Assembly (NCBI GenBank): GCA_963778655.1
Contig: CAVZVA010000009.1
Coordinates: 448,001-512,000, forward strand
DNA: 64,000 nucleotides
Origin: an uncultured delta proteobacterium
GTDB taxonomy: Bacteria > Myxococcota_A > Polyangia > Polyangiales > JAFGIB01
Reading direction: 5' to 3'
Numbering within the stretch: position 1 is the stretch's first letter; every line of letters starts with the position of its first letter. Positions 58,831 to 64,000 of this stretch are shown here, one piece after another. The notes under the pieces were generated by a model. The model was not told the origin of the DNA and did no database searches. It saw nothing but the letters and a program-made list of their open reading frames with translations. The position numbers were made by a program, and so were the translations under genes.

Positions 58831-59544
58831 ATGCACCACGCGCACGCGCTGACCCCGGCCGAGCTGGCTGCGAAGCGCGAGAGGTTCGAAGCCTTCGTCC
58901 GCCGCCGCCAGGAGCTGCTCACGATCCCCTGGATCGCGATGACGATCGCGCTCGGGCTCGAATCGATCGTGCTCTCGGTGGTGGCTGATTCGGGCCCCGT
59001 GCCGGTGCCGGCCTGGCTGCGCTACGGTCTTGCGGCGATCGGCTGCGGCCTGGCCGCCGCCAGCGTCCTGCTGCCGCGGCGCGCCTGCTCCGATGCGAAG
59101 GTCAAGGCGCAGATGCGCTGCGAGCCCGATCCTCGCGTGTGGGCTCGCGGCATGGGTCTCGATCCCGAGCAATCCCAGATCCTGTTGGAGATGGCGCCCG
59201 CCGAGCAACGCCTGGTCGGGCTGATGCGGATGTTCGTCCGGCCGCACCGGCTCGGGCTCGGGTTGAGCCAAGCGGTGGCGGCGAGCGGGTTCTTGCTCGG
59301 CCTGTTGTGCAGAAGCATGCTCTCGGCGACACCGTTCCTGTTGGTCGCGCTCGCGCTCAACGGCTGGCACTACCCGCGCTTGGGGCCACTCGTGCGGCGC
59401 GGGCGCAAGCTCGGTCAGGCCGACCGTGAGATGCTCGAGCTGGAGCGCCAGCTGCAGCAGATGACCAGCGAGCAGGAGCAGCCCGCCGCGCACCCCCGCC
59501 GGGTGCATCCGCCGCTCCGCCGCCGTCCACCGCGGCCTTCCTGA
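58831..59544 (+). CDS. Hypothetical membrane protein
   Basis: 237 aa, about four hydrophobic segments. Confidence 0.55.
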   Translation: MHHAHALTPAELAAKRERFEAFVRRRQELLTIPWIAMTIALGLESIVLSVVADSGPVPVPAWLRYGLAAIGCGLAAASVLLPRRACSDAKVKAQMRCEPDPRVWARGMGLDPEQSQILLEMAPAEQRLVGLMRMFVRPHRLGLGLSQAVAASGFLLGLLCRSMLSATPFLLVALALNGWHYPRLGPLVRRGRKLGQADREMLELERQLQQMTSEQEQPAAHPRRVHPPLRRRPPRPS

Positions 59545-59655
59545 GAGTGCGAGCCGGCCAAGGTTGGGTGGCGGCGAGCGCGACAGCGGCTATTTTTCCT
59601 CCCAGACAGATGCATTGACCAAGCTTCAGCGTCGCGCGCTCGCGCGTGCGGGCGC

Positions 59656-61521
59656 TCAGTCGCGAAACAGCTCCATTCCGTCGGCCACGGCGTCGGCGAT
59701 GTGCGACTTGCTGATCAGGCCGCGGACCTGCGAGCCGTCGATGCCGCGCTCGCCGGGAGCCGCGAGCACCACCGCTAGATCGGCCTCGCAACCTGCGAAC
59801 GCGGCCAGCACGTCGAACAGGGTCGCGTCGGAGCGCACGCGGATGAAGTCGCGGCGGGCGAGCTCGCCCCAGCTGCGCGCGCCCGCCAGCCGCTGCGGGT
59901 GTTCCGCGAGCCAATCGGCGGCGACCACGCCGTCGACCTGGCCGTCTTGAAGCACCACGTAATACGCAGGCGTTGGCCGGCCGGCCGCGTCCGCGGGCGG
60001 CTCGACCGGCGCGTCGCGCTCGCGTAGCGCCACTGCGTCGAGCTGGAGCTCGCCCGCGTGGTGGACCAGGTGGGCGTTGGCCAGCAGCGCCTCGGGCATG
60101 TAGTGCCCGCGGCGCACCAGCTTCATGGTGTAGATGCTTTGCGGCAACAGCATGCGCCGCACGCCGTAGGCGACGGCCACGGTCAGCGTCATCGGCAGCA
60201 CCACACCATAGTCGAGCGTCATCTCGAAGATCATGACGATCGCCGTCAGCGCCGCGCCCGTGGTGCCGGCCAGCAGCGCGGCCATTCCCACCACGGCGAG
60301 CGCAGCCGGATTGATGTCGAGCCCCGGCAGTAGACCGTGGAGGAGCAATCCGTAAGCGCTGCCCAGGGTCGCGCCCATGAACAGCGAGGGCGAGAAGATC
60401 CCGCCCGAGGCCCCCGAGCCGAGCGTGAGCGAGGTGACCGCGAGCTTGAGCGCGAATAGCGCGACCAGAAACCAGGCGCCGCCGAGCTTGCCCAACAACA
60501 CGTCCATGATGGTCGCGTAGCCGACGCCGAACACGAAATAGTGGCCGCGTGCCCACATCAAGCCGAGCCCGGCGCTGCCGACGCCGAGCATGCCGAGCGC
60601 GTGGCGCAGGTAGGGACGGCGCGGAACCAGCCGCTCGAACGCGTCTTCGCAGGCATAGAGCGAGCGGATGAAGACCGCGGCCACCACCCCCATCAAGCAA
60701 CCGAGGCCGAACCACGCGGGCAACAGCTGTGCGCTCACCGCGTGCGTGAAGTGCAAGGCTGGGATCTCGAACGCGGGATGGTCGCCGAAGAACTGCTGGC
60801 CGACATAGGTTGCGGTCGCGGTGGCCAGCGCGACCGGCACCAGCGTGCGCACGCTGACCTCGTGCATCAGGATCTCGACCGCAAACAGGACTCCGCCGAT
60901 CGGCGTGTTGAAGGTGGCCGCGATGCCTGCGCCGCCGCCGGCCGCGACCAGCGTCGCGAGCTGCCAGCGCGAAACCCCGCACGCACGTCCCAGCCACGAG
61001 CCCACGGCCGCGCCGATTTGAATGATCGGGCCTTCGCGTCCGACCGAGCCGCCGCTGCCAATCGAGATCGCGGACGCCACCGACTTCACCGCCGCCACGA
61101 CCGGTCGGATCACCGCCTTGTGGTAGTAGATCGCGTCCATCACCTCGGGAACGCCGTGGCCTTTGGCTTCCGGCGCGAAGTTCTTGACCAAGTAGACCAC
61201 CACGAAGCTGCCGAGCACCGGCGCCAGCACGATCCCGGCGCCCCACGGGCTGGGCGGCGAATGGCGCTGCGTGTCCAGGAAGAGCTCCAGGCGTCCCTCG
61301 AACAACAGATTGTGCGCGGCGCCGATCAGCGAGCGCAGCACGAACGCCCCGAACCCTGCCGCGATCCCCAGCACGATCGAGATCAGCGCGTTGCCGAGCG
61401 GGCTCAGGCCCTTGGCGTTCGGGTCGCCGCGCAAGCGCGACGACCGGTGCTCTGCCGCCTGCGCAGCCGAGTCTGGCTCGGTGTCCTTGCGCAGCCCGGG
61501 CGATGTCCCGTGCGGCCGCAT
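59656..61521 (-). CDS. ClC-family chloride channel/H+ antiporter with degenerate CBS-like tail
   Basis: GHGVPE, GREGP, FNTPIGG..FAVE, GGIFSP, SIY motifs; start uncertain (61587 possible). Confidence 0.9.
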   Translation of the reverse strand: MRPHGTSPGLRKDTEPDSAAQAAEHRSSRLRGDPNAKGLSPLGNALISIVLGIAAGFGAFVLRSLIGAAHNLLFEGRLELFLDTQRHSPPSPWGAGIVLAPVLGSFVVVYLVKNFAPEAKGHGVPEVMDAIYYHKAVIRPVVAAVKSVASAISIGSGGSVGREGPIIQIGAAVGSWLGRACGVSRWQLATLVAAGGGAGIAATFNTPIGGVLFAVEILMHEVSVRTLVPVALATATATYVGQQFFGDHPAFEIPALHFTHAVSAQLLPAWFGLGCLMGVVAAVFIRSLYACEDAFERLVPRRPYLRHALGMLGVGSAGLGLMWARGHYFVFGVGYATIMDVLLGKLGGAWFLVALFALKLAVTSLTLGSGASGGIFSPSLFMGATLGSAYGLLLHGLLPGLDINPAALAVVGMAALLAGTTGAALTAIVMIFEMTLDYGVVLPMTLTVAVAYGVRRMLLPQSIYTMKLVRRGHYMPEALLANAHLVHHAGELQLDAVALRERDAPVEPPADAAGRPTPAYYVVLQDGQVDGVVAADWLAEHPQRLAGARSWGELARRDFIRVRSDATLFDVLAAFAGCEADLAVVLAAPGERGIDGSQVRGLISKSHIADAVADGMELFRD

Positions 61522-61594
61522 GCGACGCAGGGTGTCACGCCGCCGGCCATGGGTCGACCCGCAATCGCGCCCGCGACCGGGCGCCATGAATGGC

Positions 61595-61640
61595 GCGTTC
61601 TTCTCGCCTTCCCGCCTTCCTGTCGGCTCTTCGAAGCGGC
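61595..61640. repeat. GGAAGRCG-octamer element, copy F (single arm)
   Basis: CTTCTCGCCTTCCCGCCTTCCTGTC; inverted match to 57499-57544. Confidence 0.7.
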
Positions 61641-61658
61641 TGCGCCGCAGACGACGAT

Positions 61659-63197
61659 CTAGAACATCACGCCCACGCCGAGGTCGAGGCGGCCCGATGT
61701 GGGCGTGGTGCCGTCTGGGTTGCGCAGGCCGAAGTCCAGCTTGAATACCGCTTGCGGCAGCGGCCGATAGCTCAGGCCCATGATCAGATCGGTGATCGCA
61801 TAGGCATCATCGGCGACGACGCGCGCGCGGCCTCGAATCGCGGCCATGGTGTCGTAGCGCTCGAGCCGCACGAACGGCAGCAGCTGCTGATCGCTGCGCA
61901 CCAGCGGGCGCAGCACGTCGTAGGCGACCTCGGCATAGGCGCCCCACGACAGCGCGCCGGTATCGATCCCGAGCGGCTGGCCGTCGGTGTCGTAGGCCTG
62001 ACGCAGCCGCGCGGTCTCGCCCACGCCGAAAAGTGCGGCCACCGCGCGCGCCTCGAGCCCCTCGTGCCGGATGCGCGCGTCGGCGGACAGGCCCCACACC
62101 GGCACGTCCAGCTCGAGCGCATGGCCGGCCGCGTCGTACAGCGTGGCGTTCGGCCCGGCCAGCCCGTAGTACCCCGATACGCCCAGCACGGCGCCCAACA
62201 TGGGCTCCGCCTCGACGCGGCCGGTCACGGCCAGCCCGGATGCGTGCGCCAGCGCCACCTCCTGGCGTCCCTCGCGAATCGATTGCTCGGCGTCGAAGCC
62301 GCGCGGATCGAGGCCGCCGACCAGGTACAGCTCGTAGCGCAGGCCCTCGGTCGGCTCGCCGAACACGCCCGCGCCGCCCTCGCGCCAGGTGCTGGGGATG
62401 ATCACGGTGTCCACGTCCGGGCGCTCGACGCCGTGGAACACCGGCGGCTCGTGCCACTTGTTGATGATGCCCATCGGCACCAGCACCACGCCGGCGCGCA
62501 CGCCGAGCGCGCGGCCGAACAACAGGTAGTCGAGGTAGGCCTGCTCGATCTCGACCTCGCCCTCCCGATCCGACGACGCCACCGCGTGCTCGACCTCGAT
62601 CTCGCTGTAGAAGCGAAACCGTGAGTCGAAGCGGTGGCCGACGAACAACACCATGCGCGAAAGGTCGATCGTCGCTTGCGTCGAGCCCGGCCCGCTGACT
62701 CGATCGATATCGTAGTGAAGCTCGGCGTAGCCGCCGATGCTGGTAGGCGGGGTCGCTGCGGGTGCGGGCGCGCGCTCCACGGCCGGCGCGGGCGCGGGCT
62801 CGCTGCTCGCCGGCCCCGGGGCCTCGGCCGGCGAGGCGGCGCGATCGCCTGCTTGAGCCGGCGCCGCAGCAGGCGCGAGCTCGATCTGCGGGCCGGGTGT
62901 GGCCGCGGCTTGGGGCGGCGGCGCCGCCTGTGGCGCGGGCGCGGCCGTCTGCGCCGCAGGTGCAGCGGGAAGCGACGCGGGCGGGGTACCGGCTGCAGGT
63001 TGGGCGGAGGTTTCGGCAGCGCCGTGGGTCGCGGGAAGCGCTTCGGCTGCGGGAGCCCCCGCCGCCGGCGTGGCGTTGGCCTGCGCTGCTGGTGCCGGCC
63101 CCGCGACCTGCGCCTGAACACGCGTGTCGGGCTGCAACAGGCTGAAGAGCGCGATCGACAGCGCGAGCCGACCTGTGTAAGGTACGTGTAGGTCCAT
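61659..63197 (-). CDS. Outer-membrane porin (OprO/P-like fold), probably iron-regulated
   Basis: Signal peptide, Pro/Ala linker, GGYAELHY, EIEVEH, EQAYLD, HEPPVFHGVERP, IIPSTW, terminal Phe. Confidence 0.75.
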   Translation of the reverse strand: MDLHVPYTGRLALSIALFSLLQPDTRVQAQVAGPAPAAQANATPAAGAPAAEALPATHGAAETSAQPAAGTPPASLPAAPAAQTAAPAPQAAPPPQAAATPGPQIELAPAAAPAQAGDRAASPAEAPGPASSEPAPAPAVERAPAPAATPPTSIGGYAELHYDIDRVSGPGSTQATIDLSRMVLFVGHRFDSRFRFYSEIEVEHAVASSDREGEVEIEQAYLDYLLFGRALGVRAGVVLVPMGIINKWHEPPVFHGVERPDVDTVIIPSTWREGGAGVFGEPTEGLRYELYLVGGLDPRGFDAEQSIREGRQEVALAHASGLAVTGRVEAEPMLGAVLGVSGYYGLAGPNATLYDAAGHALELDVPVWGLSADARIRHEGLEARAVAALFGVGETARLRQAYDTDGQPLGIDTGALSWGAYAEVAYDVLRPLVRSDQQLLPFVRLERYDTMAAIRGRARVVADDAYAITDLIMGLSYRPLPQAVFKLDFGLRNPDGTTPTSGRLDLGVGVMF

Positions 63198-63222
63198 TGA
63201 GAATTTGATATTCATTTTCAAT
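63196..63222. promoter_or_regulatory. Putative Fur box
   Basis: GAATTTGATATTCATTTTC (63201-63219) matches 14/19 of GATAATGATAATCATTATC; very AT-rich for this genome. Confidence 0.7.
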
Positions 63223-63310
63223 AAGCCTGTCAACTGCCTCGAGCCAAGCCCCTGACCGCGGTTTGCGGTCGCGCGGGCGCCAAACCACGGTCGCTCCGCT
63301 ATCATGAGGA

Positions 63311-64000
63311 GTGGCCAAACGCGGCAGCTCGACCCCCCGAGCCAAGTGGACCTACTCGGGGCGACCTTCGGGCCCCCGGCTGCCGCGCACCAGCAAGCCG
63401 AGCGTCCGCCGTCTCGGGATCGACGACATCGAGATCGTGTTCCAACCGATCGTGGACCTCGGCACTCGCCAGGTGTTCGCGCACGAGGCCCTCACCCGCG
63501 GCAAGCCCGGCGTGACCGACCCAAGCGAGCTGTTCGAGCGTGCCACGCTCGAAGAGGCCTGGGGCAGGCTCGGCCGGCTGATTCGCGAGGTCACCTTCGA
63601 GCGCGGCGCCGGGCAGCCCTTGTTCATCAACGTGCACCCATCCGAGCTCAGCGCGCGCTGGCTGGTGCGTCCCGATGACCCGATCTACCAGCACAACCAC
63701 CACGTCTTTCTGGAAATCACCGAGTCGGCGACCTTCACCCACTACGAGATCTGCTTGAGCGTGCTCAAGGAGGTGCGCGCGCGCGCAGACGTGCGGCTGG
63801 CCATCGACGATCTCGGCGCCGGCTACTCGAACCTGATGCGCGTCATCGAGCTCGAGCCCCAAGTGGTCAAGCTGGACCGCCAGCTGGTCACCGGGCTGCA
63901 GACCAGCCCCAAGCAGCAGCGCCTGGTGTGCCACCTGGTGGAGCTGTGCCGCGAGCTGGGCGCCGAGGTGGTCGCCGAAGGCATCGAGACCGCCGAGGAG
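63311..64000 (+). CDS. EAL-domain c-di-GMP phosphodiesterase (partial, runs off the window)
   Basis: FQPIVDL, HEALTR, FINV, LEITE, IDDLGAGYS, VKLD, VVAEGIET; absent from the ORF track because no stop falls in the window. Confidence 0.88.
   Translation, partial: MAKRGSSTPRAKWTYSGRPSGPRLPRTSKPSVRRLGIDDIEIVFQPIVDLGTRQVFAHEALTRGKPGVTDPSELFERATLEEAWGRLGRLIREVTFERGAGQPLFINVHPSELSARWLVRPDDPIYQHNHHVFLEITESATFTHYEICLSVLKEVRARADVRLAIDDLGAGYSNLMRVIELEPQVVKLDRQLVTGLQTSPKQQRLVCHLVELCRELGAEVVAEGIETAEE

Noticed and set aside
59656..61587. ClC as a fluoride-specific CLC-F exporter
   Set aside because: It has GHGVP/GREGP/Y motifs rather than the CLC-F GNNLI/GREGT signature, and no fluoride riboswitch was seen

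Overview
High-GC bacterial chromosome segment, most likely Myxococcota/Polyangia (inferred from a giant Ser/Thr kinase-ATPase, a lipoprotein copper monooxygenase and Pro/Ala-rich linkers). Left to right: (1) surface-polysaccharide cluster (Wzx flippase, GT4, two GT2s of which one is frameshifted, two methyltransferases, WbqC, three DegT-like PLP proteins, sulfotransferase; 1-11.3 kb); (2) PPOX-class oxidoreductase and DUF5996 protein; (3) acyclic-terpene (atu-like) catabolic genes with a tandem acyl-CoA dehydrogenase pair (13-22 kb); (4) small hypotheticals, an acyltransferase/epimerase pair and a cytochrome c-fused copper monooxygenase; (5) biuret utilisation locus (porin, BMP ABC transporter, biuH, atzF; 27.8-36.9 kb); (6) kinase-ATPase, two TonB-dependent receptors and nikR with a clear operator; (7) the main highlight, an ~11.5 kb multiheme cytochrome cluster with about 75 heme-binding motifs (MtrC/OmcA-like decaheme, collagen-stalked octaheme, beta-barrel, 13-heme, 27-heme, CX4CH-type 13-heme, NapC/NirT), a putative quinol-to-surface electron conduit with an FNR-like box; (8) ClC channel, a porin preceded by a Fur box, and a partial EAL protein. 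A family of octamer-based (GGAAGRCG) palindromic intergenic repeats occurs six times. I saw no rRNA, tRNA, CRISPR array or transposase. All family assignments come from motif recognition, not database searches.
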